A stretch of DNA of 64,000 nucleotides from Alphaproteobacteria bacterium (GTDB taxonomy: Bacteria > Pseudomonadota > Alphaproteobacteria > Rickettsiales > UBA998), in contig RDXO01000017.1 of assembly GCA_004292675.1 (NCBI GenBank), positions 17,099 through 81,098 of the forward strand, read 5' to 3'. How positions within the stretch are numbered: the first letter of the stretch is position 1; each line of letters starts with the position of its first letter. The translations under genes were made by a program, and so were the position numbers. Below, piece by piece: positions 18,239-28,881 of this stretch. The notes below the pieces were generated by a model. It ran no database searches. It had not been told where the DNA came from and saw nothing but the letters and a program-made list of their open reading frames with translations.

Positions 18239-20347
18239 ATGACAACGCACTCTAAAAAACATGAACCAGTATCCTTGAAGCGTGATCGCACCCGTTCGGG
18301 AACACCTTATTTTTATCGTGATACGCCCAGCGGTCGTAGACGGCAGACGCAGAGTCGATTGCGTCGTTTTTTCTCATGGCGAGGTATGATAAAGAATTTC
18401 TTTATCCTACTGGTGTTCCTCATGCTTGTGGGGTGTGCGTTTCTTGCTTATTATATTGTCATGCTTCCTGATATTAGTGGGTTAGCAAAATCGAAAGAAG
18501 AAGCAGGGGTAGAGATATTAGCGATGGACGGGACGGCGGTTGCACGTTATGGGCAAATTAGCGGTTCGTTTGTTGAGTTTGAGCAATTACCCCCGCATCT
18601 GATTCATGCGGTTATTGCCACGGAGGATCGTCGCTTTTTCTCCCATTTTGGGGTGGATGTTAAAGGGGTGCTTCGTGCTGTGGTGGTGAATGTGCAATCA
18701 GGACGTATGACGCAAGGTGGCTCTACCATCACGCAACAATTAGCAAAAAATCTGTTTTTTAGCCCAGAGCGCACCTTGAATCGTAAGATGCAGGAATTGG
18801 TGATGGCGTTGTGGCTTGAGCAGAATTTTAGCAAAAAAGAGATATTAGCGATTTATCTTAATCGTGTCTATATGGGGGGCGGGAGCTACGGTATTGAAGC
18901 GGCTGCACGTTTTTATTTTGATAAGCCTGCCGTGCAACTTGATCTTGTGGAATCTGCAATGATTGCAGGGATGCTGAAAGCACCGTCACGCTACAACCCA
19001 ACATCGGATAAAGCACGCGCTATTAAGCGTACTACGCAAGTATTGTTTAATATGCATGATGCGGGCTATTTAGGGGAAACTGAGATGCGTGCTGCCATCG
19101 CTTCCTTGACGGATGGTAGCCGAACATTCAAACAAACCTTGTTTAGCAATCAACGTTATTTTACTGATTGGATTATGGAGCAAGTGCCTGAATATGTTGG
19201 TGAAATCAATGAAGATATGGTGATTAAAACCACCATTCAACCGCAATGGCAAGGAGCAGCAGAGCGTTCTATGGCTGCGGTGATGACGGCTGAAGTGCGC
19301 AAAGCACAGCGCGTGTCGCAAGCAGCCTTCATTGCCATGAGTCCTGATGGTGCAGTACGGGCAATTATTGGAGGGATTGATTATAATAAAAGCCAATATA
19401 ACCGTGCAACGCAAGCCAAGCGTCAACCTGGTTCGGCATTTAAGTTATTTGTCTATCTTGCCGCCATGGAGCATGGATATACACCTGATACGGTGATGAT
19501 GGATACACCCATTACCATTGGGCGATGGACAGCGCGTAATTATGAGGATAAATATCGTGGTAACATGACATTGCGTAGTGCGTTGGCGCAATCCTCCAAT
19601 GTGATTGCGGTGCGACTAACGCAGATGGTGGGCGTGAGTAATGTCCGTAACGCCGCAAAGCGTTTGGGTGTGCTATCCTATATTCCTGCCTATCCAAGTA
19701 TTGCTTTAGGCTCTGTAGAGATGAGCTTAGAAGAATTAGTGCGTGCTTTTGCGCATATGGCACATAATGGTAAGGCTGTGAAACCCTATGGCATATTAGA
19801 AGTACGACGCAAGCGTGATGGCAAAATGCTTTATCAACGCACCCAACGCGATGATTATAGTGATGTGACCGTCGTTGCAGAAGAACAAGTGAAAAAGATG
19901 AACACGATGCTCTCTGAGGTGATTAATAGTGGCACAGGGCGTTCCGCACAGATCGGGCGACCTGTTGCGGGCAAAACGGGTACGACTTCTGATTATAAAG
20001 ATGCATGGTTTATTGGATATACGCCGCAATTAGTGGCAGGGGCATGGGCGGGCAATGATGATGCTACACCCATGCGCAAAGTCACAGGTGGTGGTATTCC
20101 AGCACGTATATGGAAAGGATTTATGATGGAGGCACTCAAAGGCATGGCGGTTGCACCATTGCCACGCTATGAACCCGTGTGGCAACCGCCTGCAACCTTG
20201 CCATGGCTGAATCAGTCGTCCTCGTCTGCACCTGCTCCCGTTCCCGTGACACCGCAAGCACCCGCACAGGATTATCAGTTGCAGGATAGTTTTTGGGATA
20301 AACTCTTTGATGAATCCGATGTTGAATATCGTTATCCGAGTGAATAG
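18239..20347 (+). CDS. Class A penicillin-binding protein (PBP1A family)
   Basis: EDRRFFSHFGVD, QGGSTITQQLAKN, SAFK (SxxK), SSN, GKTGT. Confidence 0.95.
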   Translation: MTTHSKKHEPVSLKRDRTRSGTPYFYRDTPSGRRRQTQSRLRRFFSWRGMIKNFFILLVFLMLVGCAFLAYYIVMLPDISGLAKSKEEAGVEILAMDGTAVARYGQISGSFVEFEQLPPHLIHAVIATEDRRFFSHFGVDVKGVLRAVVVNVQSGRMTQGGSTITQQLAKNLFFSPERTLNRKMQELVMALWLEQNFSKKEILAIYLNRVYMGGGSYGIEAAARFYFDKPAVQLDLVESAMIAGMLKAPSRYNPTSDKARAIKRTTQVLFNMHDAGYLGETEMRAAIASLTDGSRTFKQTLFSNQRYFTDWIMEQVPEYVGEINEDMVIKTTIQPQWQGAAERSMAAVMTAEVRKAQRVSQAAFIAMSPDGAVRAIIGGIDYNKSQYNRATQAKRQPGSAFKLFVYLAAMEHGYTPDTVMMDTPITIGRWTARNYEDKYRGNMTLRSALAQSSNVIAVRLTQMVGVSNVRNAAKRLGVLSYIPAYPSIALGSVEMSLEELVRAFAHMAHNGKAVKPYGILEVRRKRDGKMLYQRTQRDDYSDVTVVAEEQVKKMNTMLSEVINSGTGRSAQIGRPVAGKTGTTSDYKDAWFIGYTPQLVAGAWAGNDDATPMRKVTGGGIPARIWKGFMMEALKGMAVAPLPRYEPVWQPPATLPWLNQSSSSAPAPVPVTPQAPAQDYQLQDSFWDKLFDESDVEYRYPSE

Positions 20348-20353
20348 ATAGGC

Positions 20354-23299
20354 ATGATAAAAGCGTCCTTATTCTGTCTTAGGTGGTTACGACGTTTGGT
20401 GCTGACGGCACTTGGATTGATGCTGCTATCCATCATGGGGCTTGGTGCGTGGTTTGTGAGTGCGCCACGTACTGTGCCGTTTGGGCATGATGCGATTGAA
20501 TATCTGATGATGCATCGATTAGGGGCAGAAGAATTGAGTTTTGATCCGCCAACCTTCTATATTCACCTTAGCAAAAATCGGGTGGAAAGCGAGATCCGCT
20601 CCCTTCATGCGCGCTTTGGGGAAACGCATATAGGTGCAGATCGGATCGTGATCGCATTGCCCCTCACGACGTTACTCACCGCGCATATTGCCTATGATGG
20701 TGTGTTTGCTGATGGCTTGACGATTATGCCACCGCACGAGGAATTGCCGATTACTTTACCCTTTGTACGTATTAATCCTGATGCTGATAATACACAGGAG
20801 AATCAACTAGATATTATCATTAAGCAAGGAGAATCGATTGCATCTGTGCAAGGAACAGTGGGTGTACGTGATCACGCCTTTTTCGTGAAGGCGCAGTTGG
20901 ATGATGTACCCGCACGGCTGGTGGCGGTATTGCATTCCGATCTTGAGGGGCTTAGCATGAAGATTGATGGCACGATTGACGGGATCATCAAAAAGAATAT
21001 GCGTATTAAATCGCTGAATGCGCAATTATCCAGCCCTGATATTCTCTTTGCGCATCCTCTCTATTATCCCAAAAAACCACTACATCTTCAAGATTTTTCG
21101 GTGAATCTTGCGTGGGATTCGGTGCATCGCGCTCTTAATATCACGCATGGCGTAGTGCGCCCAACCAAGGGTGCAACTTTAGAGTTTCAAGCTTGGATTG
21201 CGCGTGCAGACGAAGATGCGCATATGCAGATCAATCTTACGAAATTTCCCGTAGGAGAGGTGAAATATATATGGCCAAAAAATGTTGCAGCAGAAGCACG
21301 CAGATGGGTAGTGCGCAGCATTAAAGATGGTGTGATTACGAAAGGCAAAGCGGATATACATATACGTGAAGACGAACCGAATCTTGAGGCGGAATTGCTG
21401 ATGCGCGATATGAAAGTGCGCTACGCTAAGCATCTCCCTGAGGTGCGTGATGGCAGGGGAACTGCAAAATTCACGCAGGATAATATGCATATTACGATCG
21501 ATGAAGCGCATTCTTTATCAGGTGGCGTGGTGCGCAAAGGGATCGTGGAGATTCCTTCCTTTAGCGATAGGAAGCGTGGCGTGCCGATGCTTATTACCTT
21601 ACCCGTTGCAGCTCCTGCACAGGATGTGGCGATGTTTATGTCTGAGAAACATTTGAATATCGCGCAAAAATTATCGCTACGTCCTGATGCAGCGTCAGGA
21701 GCGGTGGAGGGTATGGTGAAACTCGGATTTCCGCTAGAGCCTGCCGATATTGCGCCCAATACCCATAGTTTTGATTATTTGGATATTGAGATTGATGCAT
21801 CTTTGCAGGATGTATCGCATATGAGGGTGCTTAGTCAGTGGGATATTCATCAGTTCAACGGCACGGTACATGTAGATAATCAGCGCGTTACCCTAGACGG
21901 CACGTTAGGTTTGCAGGGGATTCCTTCAACATTAGTTGTCTCCTATGATTATAGTGGTGCGCGTAAGCATCATGCGCAATACAGCATCAAAGCGCAGTTA
22001 AAAGATGATCAACTACCTTTGCTGAATATTCCCATCCCCAAGGGTATTGTGCAAGGTACAACCCATTTAGATGCAACGATTGCGAGTAATCCAAGCCAAG
22101 AAACCACCAAAGCACGCCTTGATTTTACTGATGCCACACTGAATATCCCTCAGATAGAATGGAGCAAGCCGTTGCAACAGCCTGCCACCTTAGAAGTAAC
22201 GCAGCAAAATTATGCCGATCGCAAAGAATTGGAAAAAGTGCATTTTAGCACCAAGGATGCCGAACTCTCAGGGCGTGTGACGTTAGCAAAAGATGGATCG
22301 ATTCATCATGCAGCACTGGATCGTATTCATTCACCACGCATGGATATTGCGTTGGAGTATTATGGGGACAATCCCGATCAGCATCGTGTGCGTATTCATG
22401 GTGAGCGCATGTATTTCTATGTCGGAAAAGATAAAAAAGCGGAAGTATCAGCGAGCGCACAGCCGTGGAATTTGATCAATCCGGAACATTATGTGCTTGG
22501 GCGTGATATTGAGATTTCCCTTAAGGAATTGGCAACTAATTTGGACTCGATGCGCGATGTGCGTATGCGCATAGAATGTTCTAAAACCTTATGTGATTCG
22601 ATGAATGTACAAGCACATTATGGCAAGGGGGCAACAGCCCATGCTTATCTGGTACGCAATGATCAGCAGGTGCGCACTGTGCAAGGGCATGTGAGTGATT
22701 TAGGGGCATTGGCGCGCATGTTTAATCTTTCCTCGCAGATCGCAGGGGGAGGGGCATCGTTTCAAGGAGCATATGAAGGGACAACATTACAGGGTGCGTT
22801 GACCATCAAAGATGTAGCAATCAAGGAACTTCCTGCTCTCACCAATCTTTTGACCTTAGCATCATTGCGCGGTATTGGGGATACGATCAGCGGTGACGGT
22901 ATTGCCTTTGATACAATCGCAACAAACATGACCTATGACGGCACGCGCTTTGCTTTGACCAAGGGCGCGGCGAAAGGTGATGCGCTTGGGATTATGCTTG
23001 AGGGGTGGATTGAACCTTATGGCAAAGCCCGCCTTGATTTATCTGGAACGTTGATTCCATCCTATACCTTAAACTCATTGCCAGCGCGTGTACCTATCCT
23101 TGGGGAGTTATTGATGGGGGGAGAAAATCAAGGGGTATTTGCAACCCGTTTTTCTGTGCGTGGTGCAGCGCATGACCCCTCCGTGATGATTAATCCACTC
23201 TCGATGTTAACACCCGGCTTTTTACGGAATATCTTTAGTGTATTCCCTGATGTGCAACCTATAGAAGAACAAGAAAAACCCCATGAACCAGCTTCCTAA
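20354..23299 (+). CDS. YhdP/AsmA-like C-terminal domain protein (DUF3971-like)
   Basis: N-terminal TM, WP..VA.EARRWV motif, C-terminal GTLIPSY..N....VPILG..L.G...G.F...F.V.G....P.V..NPLS. Confidence 0.8.
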   Translation: MIKASLFCLRWLRRLVLTALGLMLLSIMGLGAWFVSAPRTVPFGHDAIEYLMMHRLGAEELSFDPPTFYIHLSKNRVESEIRSLHARFGETHIGADRIVIALPLTTLLTAHIAYDGVFADGLTIMPPHEELPITLPFVRINPDADNTQENQLDIIIKQGESIASVQGTVGVRDHAFFVKAQLDDVPARLVAVLHSDLEGLSMKIDGTIDGIIKKNMRIKSLNAQLSSPDILFAHPLYYPKKPLHLQDFSVNLAWDSVHRALNITHGVVRPTKGATLEFQAWIARADEDAHMQINLTKFPVGEVKYIWPKNVAAEARRWVVRSIKDGVITKGKADIHIREDEPNLEAELLMRDMKVRYAKHLPEVRDGRGTAKFTQDNMHITIDEAHSLSGGVVRKGIVEIPSFSDRKRGVPMLITLPVAAPAQDVAMFMSEKHLNIAQKLSLRPDAASGAVEGMVKLGFPLEPADIAPNTHSFDYLDIEIDASLQDVSHMRVLSQWDIHQFNGTVHVDNQRVTLDGTLGLQGIPSTLVVSYDYSGARKHHAQYSIKAQLKDDQLPLLNIPIPKGIVQGTTHLDATIASNPSQETTKARLDFTDATLNIPQIEWSKPLQQPATLEVTQQNYADRKELEKVHFSTKDAELSGRVTLAKDGSIHHAALDRIHSPRMDIALEYYGDNPDQHRVRIHGERMYFYVGKDKKAEVSASAQPWNLINPEHYVLGRDIEISLKELATNLDSMRDVRMRIECSKTLCDSMNVQAHYGKGATAHAYLVRNDQQVRTVQGHVSDLGALARMFNLSSQIAGGGASFQGAYEGTTLQGALTIKDVAIKELPALTNLLTLASLRGIGDTISGDGIAFDTIATNMTYDGTRFALTKGAAKGDALGIMLEGWIEPYGKARLDLSGTLIPSYTLNSLPARVPILGELLMGGENQGVFATRFSVRGAAHDPSVMINPLSMLTPGFLRNIFSVFPDVQPIEEQEKPHEPAS

Positions 23300-24074
23300 T
23301 TATCCCATCATTGATTCCCATTGCCACCTTAACTTCCCCGATTTTAGCGAGGATGTGGAGGAGGTAATCGCACGGGCGCACGCATCGGGCATTTGTATGA
23401 TGCAAACCATCTGCACCCATATGGGCGAGTTTGAATCGATTCATGCGCTGGCGATGCGTCATGATTCGCTTGTCTGTTCGGTGGGGGTGCATCCTCATTC
23501 AGCAGATAAAGAGCCTTTGGTAGAAGTCGCGCATCTGATTGAGTGCGCAACCCGTCCTAAAGTGGTAGGTATTGGGGAGACTGGGCTTGATTATTATTAT
23601 GAATATTCCAAGCGTGAAGTGCAACAAGAGAGCTTTCGTCGTCATATTGCTGCTGCACGTGCGTTGCAACGCCCTGTGATCGTGCATACACGCGATGCTG
23701 AAGAAGATACGTTGCGTATTTTAGAAGAAGAAATGTCTGTGGGGGAATTTCCTATTCTGATCCATTGCTTCACCTCAACGCAACGGTTGGCAGATGCGGT
23801 GATTGCGATGGGAGGCTATATATCGATCTCGGGCATTGTGACCTTTAAGAAGGCAACGGAATTGCAAGAAACGGTGCGAACTTTGCCGATTGAACGCCTA
23901 TTGATTGAAACGGACTCCCCTTTTCTTGCGCCGATGCCGCATCGTGGCAAGCGTAACGAACCCGCCTTTACGCGCCACGTATGCGCTAAGGTTGCCGAAC
24001 TGCAAGGCATCACAGAGGAAGAGTGCGCTCGCATTACTACGGATAATTTTATGCGATTGTTTAGGTTGTGTTGA
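23283..24074 (+). CDS. TatD family hydrolase
   Basis: DSHCHL, GVHPH, IGETGLDY, HTRDA, HCF, ETDSPFLAP..RGKRNEP. Confidence 0.95.
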   Translation: MNQLPNYPIIDSHCHLNFPDFSEDVEEVIARAHASGICMMQTICTHMGEFESIHALAMRHDSLVCSVGVHPHSADKEPLVEVAHLIECATRPKVVGIGETGLDYYYEYSKREVQQESFRRHIAAARALQRPVIVHTRDAEEDTLRILEEEMSVGEFPILIHCFTSTQRLADAVIAMGGYISISGIVTFKKATELQETVRTLPIERLLIETDSPFLAPMPHRGKRNEPAFTRHVCAKVAELQGITEEECARITTDNFMRLFRLC

Positions 24075-24075
24075 T

Positions 24076-24816
24076 TTAGGATCGTTTGTTCTTATGATAC
24101 ACATCATCATAAACATAGAATATCGCAATGACGGCAATATAGGAGATGATGGTGATCAAATACATCGTCAAGGGTGCGATGAAAATCAGTAGAGCGAGGA
24201 TAGCAATAACCGCGAGGATGAGGATGATTTTATCACGTTTGAAGTGGATAAATTTAGTTGAAGGCGTTTTGATATAACTCACCATCAAACCCGCAACGCA
24301 ACTCATATAACATGCTGTAAAAATTGCTGATTGATCTTGAATATAGCCTTCCAACATCAGCACCATAGGAAGGAATGAAAGGAGCGCGCCTGCAGGAGTG
24401 GGGACACCAACAAAGAAATGACTGGAGATATTTTCTGCACCACCCGTATGCATCACGTTAAAGCGTGCAAGACGATATGCGCCACCCGTTAAAAAGATGA
24501 GGGTTGCTGCCCAGCCGAAAAAATACAAATCTTTCAAATGCCATTCGTAAATAATTAAAGCAGGTGTGACGCAAAAATTCAAAAAATCAGCTAAGGAATC
24601 AAGCTGTGCGCCAACAGGGCTTTGCACATTGAGTTTTCTTGCAATTTTCCCATCAATCCCATCACAAATGGCCGCAATAAGGAGCAATAAGAGGGATAAT
24701 TTCAAATCTTCTCGAATATAACTTAGGCGCAGAGCAGTTAAGCCCAAACACATCGCGGCAAGCGTGATGGCATTGGGCAAATATCGCAATAAATAGCGGC
24801 TGTTCATCGTCTGCAT
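24076..24816 (-). CDS. pssA: CDP-diacylglycerol--serine O-phosphatidyltransferase
   Basis: LPNAIT, DGIDG.IAR, GAQLDSLAD, RLARFN, FVGVPTP; follows psd. Confidence 0.92.
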   Translation of the reverse strand: MQTMNSRYLLRYLPNAITLAAMCLGLTALRLSYIREDLKLSLLLLLIAAICDGIDGKIARKLNVQSPVGAQLDSLADFLNFCVTPALIIYEWHLKDLYFFGWAATLIFLTGGAYRLARFNVMHTGGAENISSHFFVGVPTPAGALLSFLPMVLMLEGYIQDQSAIFTACYMSCVAGLMVSYIKTPSTKFIHFKRDKIILILAVIAILALLIFIAPLTMYLITIISYIAVIAIFYVYDDVYHKNKRS

Positions 24817-24824
24817 GGTGAGAA

Positions 24825-25565
24825 CTAATTTTTGATCCAGCTCATCTGCTCAGGGGCATAGTGCTGTGGGTTGAATGCGACAATAGTTTCACCACCAACG
24901 GCAACGCTATCACGTGCAACATGCACCTTATAGTGAGATGGCACATAAATATCGCACCGGCTACCAAAGCGAATAATACCATAACGATCACCTTGGGTGA
25001 TTTTTTGCCCATCATGTAGTTCACACACAATACGACGTGCAACAAATCCTGCAATTTGTACAAAGCTGAGTATGTCCCCATGTTCGGTACGTACCGCAAC
25101 GATGGAGCGTTCATTCTCATCACTCGATTTATCTTCAGCAGCGTTGAGGAATTTTCCGGGTATGTAGATTTTCTTGAGGATGTCTCCGCTCACAGGAACG
25201 CGGTTTACATGCACATTAAATACGTTGAGAAAGATGGAAATGCGCGTATAATTTGCCCCTAGATCCTGCATCCCTAATTCTTTGGGGAGCATCACCTGCT
25301 CGACAATATCACAGACGATGCCATCACCTGATGCAACCACAAAGCCATCACCTTGTGGCACCATGCGGTCGGGGTTACGAAAGAAATAGAGCGAAAAAAT
25401 ACTCAATACCAAGAATAAGCACCCAACAGGCGTATAGAACGCATAGCCAAGCGCACTCAAGAAAAGAAAGCCAAAAATGAACGGCTTACCTTTAGGATGC
25501 GTTCCGACACATAAGGTTTGTTTGGTGGTGGCAATGATCGACATATAAACTCGCTTTGACAGCAT
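24825..25565 (-). CDS. psd: Phosphatidylserine decarboxylase proenzyme
   Basis: FFRNPDR, ISIFLNVFNVHVNR, NER, QIAG..ARRI, IRFGSR (pyruvoyl-forming Ser); true start may be a few codons downstream. Confidence 0.93.
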   Translation of the reverse strand: MLSKRVYMSIIATTKQTLCVGTHPKGKPFIFGFLFLSALGYAFYTPVGCLFLVLSIFSLYFFRNPDRMVPQGDGFVVASGDGIVCDIVEQVMLPKELGMQDLGANYTRISIFLNVFNVHVNRVPVSGDILKKIYIPGKFLNAAEDKSSDENERSIVAVRTEHGDILSFVQIAGFVARRIVCELHDGQKITQGDRYGIIRFGSRCDIYVPSHYKVHVARDSVAVGGETIVAFNPQHYAPEQMSWIKN

Positions 25566-25751
25566 CTGCCCCTATTGTTCGTGTGAACACACCAACGATT
25601 CTACATGACAGCGCACGGTAACATAATTTCACTTATGTGATTAAACTATTTATCATCAATGTTCAATATCAAATATGGCAATAGCCGAAAGATTTTGACT
25701 TTGCCACCCTTCACATTATGTAAATATTGCACGCTATGCATTCGATCTTAT

Positions 25752-25905
25752 GCTCCCCCGCGTGCGGGGGAGCCAGTGAAGCAAGGATTTCTCAAAAGAA
25801 ATCCGATGCTGAACCGTGGGGGGCATTCTATTCACCCCCACCCAATCATCTGCGGTTTTTCGTTGAAAAACCTTGATTTTTGGACTCCCCCGCAGGCGTG
25901 GGAGT
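25752..25905. mobile_element. 154-bp nested palindromic element (MITE/REP-like)
   Basis: Terminal hairpins GCTCCCCCGC-GT-GCGGGGGAGC and ACTCCCCCGC-AG-GCGTGGGAGT; internal hairpins GGATTTCT/AGAAATCC, GTGGGGG/CCCCCAC, GGTTTTTC/GAAAAACC. Confidence 0.65.
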
Positions 25906-26011
25906 AAACCATTCATATCTCATGAGGAGTGGTGAGGATTTTGACATAGATGCATGAAAGAAGGTTCTAAGAAGCGTCTAAAGTGAGACTTCTGCACAGC
26001 TCTCATTTCTT

Positions 26012-26037
26012 GTCATACCCTTAGATTAAGCGGGTAT
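26012..26037. repeat. REP-like unit GTCATACCCTTAGATTAAGCGGGTAT
   Basis: 25/26 identical to the reverse complement of 33079-33104. Confidence 0.75.
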
Positions 26038-26049
26038 GTGTCAGGACTC

Positions 26050-28212
26050 TCAACGTGTGATTTTATTCTTGGATGGGGAAGTGGGATGCACGGAAGGCAC
26101 AAGCACTTGCGGGTCTTGTTTGGTTTCGTCAAATGCAATGGCGTGCTTTTGTGATGTTCCTGATGCAGATTCTTTGCTCACTCCTGTGCGTTTTTCGGTT
26201 ATTTCTTTTGCGGTGCGTGCGGGGGAATTGGGTTGCAAGGAGGTGGGAACATCGCCTTTACTCGGCATCCCTTTAAGGCTGTTGTGAATATTTTTAAGGG
26301 AATCCGCATCCAATAATTTTGCCATGCTGTTCTGCTTGCCGTGCTCCATCTGCTCTTGTTCACGATCAATGCGTTGCTGTTCTCGGCGTTGTTGTTCCCG
26401 TTGTTGCGCTGCGATGATATGTTGACGCGTCTGTTGCCGTGTTCGTTGTGATGCGCGATCACGTGTGCGTGAGGTATCATCTTGCTCACGTTGTTGTGAT
26501 CCTTGCCGTAGAGCTTGGCGTTGTTGACGCTCTGCTTCGCGCCGTTGCCGTGCAGCTTGCAGCATTTCTTGCGCTGCATTATCACGGGATGCTTGCCGTT
26601 GCTTGTCTTGAGCCTGCTTTTTCTGTTGGTTTTGATCTTGTTGTGGTGCGTTTGCTGTGCGTCGTGAGGTTGCGGTTTGTTGGCGTTGCTGCTGCTGCGC
26701 TGCTTGCGCAAGGGCTTGTTGTTGTTTGGCTGCTTTTTCTGCTTCTGCTTGCTGTTGCTCGCTCGCATCAATCACACCATCATTGTTCAAGTCACGCTGC
26801 ATGGCAGAAGGCGGTGTGCGCATCTGGAATGGATTGGTTGGTAGCATGGCATCGTGACGCGTTTGTTCCTGCATACGAGTCACCACAGTGTTTAGCCCTT
26901 TTTCTACCTTATCAAGCATCACTCCGATCGGTTGCTGGAGGTAGATTGATTGTTTCCATTCTTGCGGCATCAGGTGAATTTCTTTGCGTTTGCGCTCAAT
27001 ATCCGCTTTAATCTGCGTCAGTAGTTTGAGTTTACCTTGCTGTTGGACGGTAATAAAGAAGGTCTGCAAGCGTTGCATTTCTTGCTGTGCCTTGATATAG
27101 CTGAATACGCCAAGCACTGCTTGGGCTTCGCTTACTGCACTATGTTCCGCAAGCGATGGATCTGCGCGCAAAGCATAAGAAGCATGGTGACGGAACGTAT
27201 CTGCAACCTTGTGCATTCCATCGGTTAGCTCTTTGATCATGGGGAGATCGCCAGCGGAAAGCACTTGATCCAAAGTCATGTCGGCATAATGCAGGCGTAA
27301 TTTATTTAATATATCCCGTGCAATTTCAACGGCTTCTTCTTTTATTTCATCGGCTAAGGTGATGACAGCATCCAAGAGTTCATCAGCGGTAGGCGTGTGC
27401 GTAGATCGTTGTGTGTGGGATGCATCATCCTCCGTTTTTGGGGGAGTTACGGGGGCAGGAGCAGGATCGTGCTGCATCGCCCGTGCAAGATTTTTAGTTG
27501 TTTCCTGTAACTGATCCCATAGGGGGGAGATGCTCTGTGGTAGTACTGGGGAAGTAGTGGCAGCGGGCGGTTCGCTCATCAGCGAGGCAAAGGGGGTGTT
27601 GTCCCATGAGGGAAGATCATAGAAGATGGTAGGTGGCTGGGATTTGAATAACCCGCGAATGAACCCCACTTGCTGTTCTTTTGCGCGATGACATGCGCAC
27701 ATCAAATGATGATAAAGCAACGCGCACCCTTGGGCATCATTATGATAGGCTTCGAGAGGGGTGCGGAGCATTAAGCCAAGTTGCATGGCGGTGTGGGCAT
27801 AGGTCAGTAAGGTTTGTTCTAATGTTTTTTTATCCGCAAAGGGTGCAGCAAACATATGATGGGCAATGAGATTGCGAATCACCATAATATTGATGCACAA
27901 AGGTGAGGTTGAGTCCTGCAAAGATGGGACGTTTTCTGTGGCAAGATCGGCTATCACGGCATCAAACCAGCGATATTTTTGTGGGCTATAGCCTAAATCA
28001 TAGCGCATCACGTCGGCAAGATAGCCTTGCCATGTGCGTTCATCACTCACAACAAAATAGCCAAGATAGGCAAGAAGAACGGGAATATCAGTGGGATCGG
28101 GCAGCTCATCACGAGGCACAAAATGAGGGGGCAATGATAAGTTTTTTAGTACATAATCACGCAAAGAATGATTGGTGGTATAGGATGTATCAGAACTTAT
28201 TTTGCTGAACAA
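26050..28212 (-). CDS. Orphan protein with Gln/Arg-rich coiled coil and one EF-hand-like loop
   Basis: 720-aa ORF, AAGGGAG RBS before TTG; DLNNDGVIDASE. Confidence 0.75.
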   Translation of the reverse strand: MFSKISSDTSYTTNHSLRDYVLKNLSLPPHFVPRDELPDPTDIPVLLAYLGYFVVSDERTWQGYLADVMRYDLGYSPQKYRWFDAVIADLATENVPSLQDSTSPLCINIMVIRNLIAHHMFAAPFADKKTLEQTLLTYAHTAMQLGLMLRTPLEAYHNDAQGCALLYHHLMCACHRAKEQQVGFIRGLFKSQPPTIFYDLPSWDNTPFASLMSEPPAATTSPVLPQSISPLWDQLQETTKNLARAMQHDPAPAPVTPPKTEDDASHTQRSTHTPTADELLDAVITLADEIKEEAVEIARDILNKLRLHYADMTLDQVLSAGDLPMIKELTDGMHKVADTFRHHASYALRADPSLAEHSAVSEAQAVLGVFSYIKAQQEMQRLQTFFITVQQQGKLKLLTQIKADIERKRKEIHLMPQEWKQSIYLQQPIGVMLDKVEKGLNTVVTRMQEQTRHDAMLPTNPFQMRTPPSAMQRDLNNDGVIDASEQQQAEAEKAAKQQQALAQAAQQQQRQQTATSRRTANAPQQDQNQQKKQAQDKQRQASRDNAAQEMLQAARQRREAERQQRQALRQGSQQREQDDTSRTRDRASQRTRQQTRQHIIAAQQREQQRREQQRIDREQEQMEHGKQNSMAKLLDADSLKNIHNSLKGMPSKGDVPTSLQPNSPARTAKEITEKRTGVSKESASGTSQKHAIAFDETKQDPQVLVPSVHPTSPSKNKITR

Positions 28213-28289
28213 CGTAGTTGCTCCCTTAGAATATGGTGATAGAGGGTGATTGGGAATGGGTGATGATAGTGCTGATGATAAGTATGCCC

Positions 28290-28589
28290 TTATGTCGTGC
28301 CGCCTCCATTAGGTTCAGTATTTTCCGCACCACCTTCTTGGGCTGCACCTAAGGCATAGACGCATAATTCTTCAAATGACACATTATTTTCCTGTGAGAT
28401 TTTGAACAATTTTTCAAAACTATTCATCACATCCTGAGGAATAGAGCCACCACGTTCGCTTGAAAGCCAATTAGACTGATTCAATAACGGATGTTTCTTT
28501 GGGTGCGGTTCGCCAACATAGACATGAAAGGGATGCTTTTGTCCGCCAAAATCACATGGTATAGTAAAACGCTTCATAACAACACTCAT
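28290..28589 (-). CDS. DUF2610 domain-containing protein
   Basis: MKRFTIPCDFGGQK.PF.VY.G.P....HPL..Q..WL..ERGG.IP..VM.SF..L..I..EN.VSFEELC.YAL; alternative start 28577. Confidence 0.8.
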   Translation of the reverse strand: MSVVMKRFTIPCDFGGQKHPFHVYVGEPHPKKHPLLNQSNWLSSERGGSIPQDVMNSFEKLFKISQENNVSFEELCVYALGAAQEGGAENTEPNGGGTT

Positions 28590-28881
28590 TCATAGCGAAT
28601 TATAGCAGGTTATGTGTAAAACGTAGCATTGCTATAAATCATTAAAAAATAAAAATTCTTTCAACATGAGAACCCTCATAAATTGAGAAAGTGTCACATT
28701 GAATTGCCCTAAGATTAATATAGCACAAAGCAAGGGTGTTTGGATAGTGTTTTTATCCCTATATAGAACTTCCATTATATCTTACCGATTTATCGGCAAG
28801 CATATAATGGCAAAAGCACTATACATCATAGTGTTATAGTCGTTCCTTGCGTAAAAAATGAGTAATTTTTTAGTCAAACGA

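Noticed and set aside
28590-28881. AT-rich intergenic region with small hairpins as a possible sRNA
   Set aside because: Hairpins are short and imperfect; no recognisable RNA family motif.
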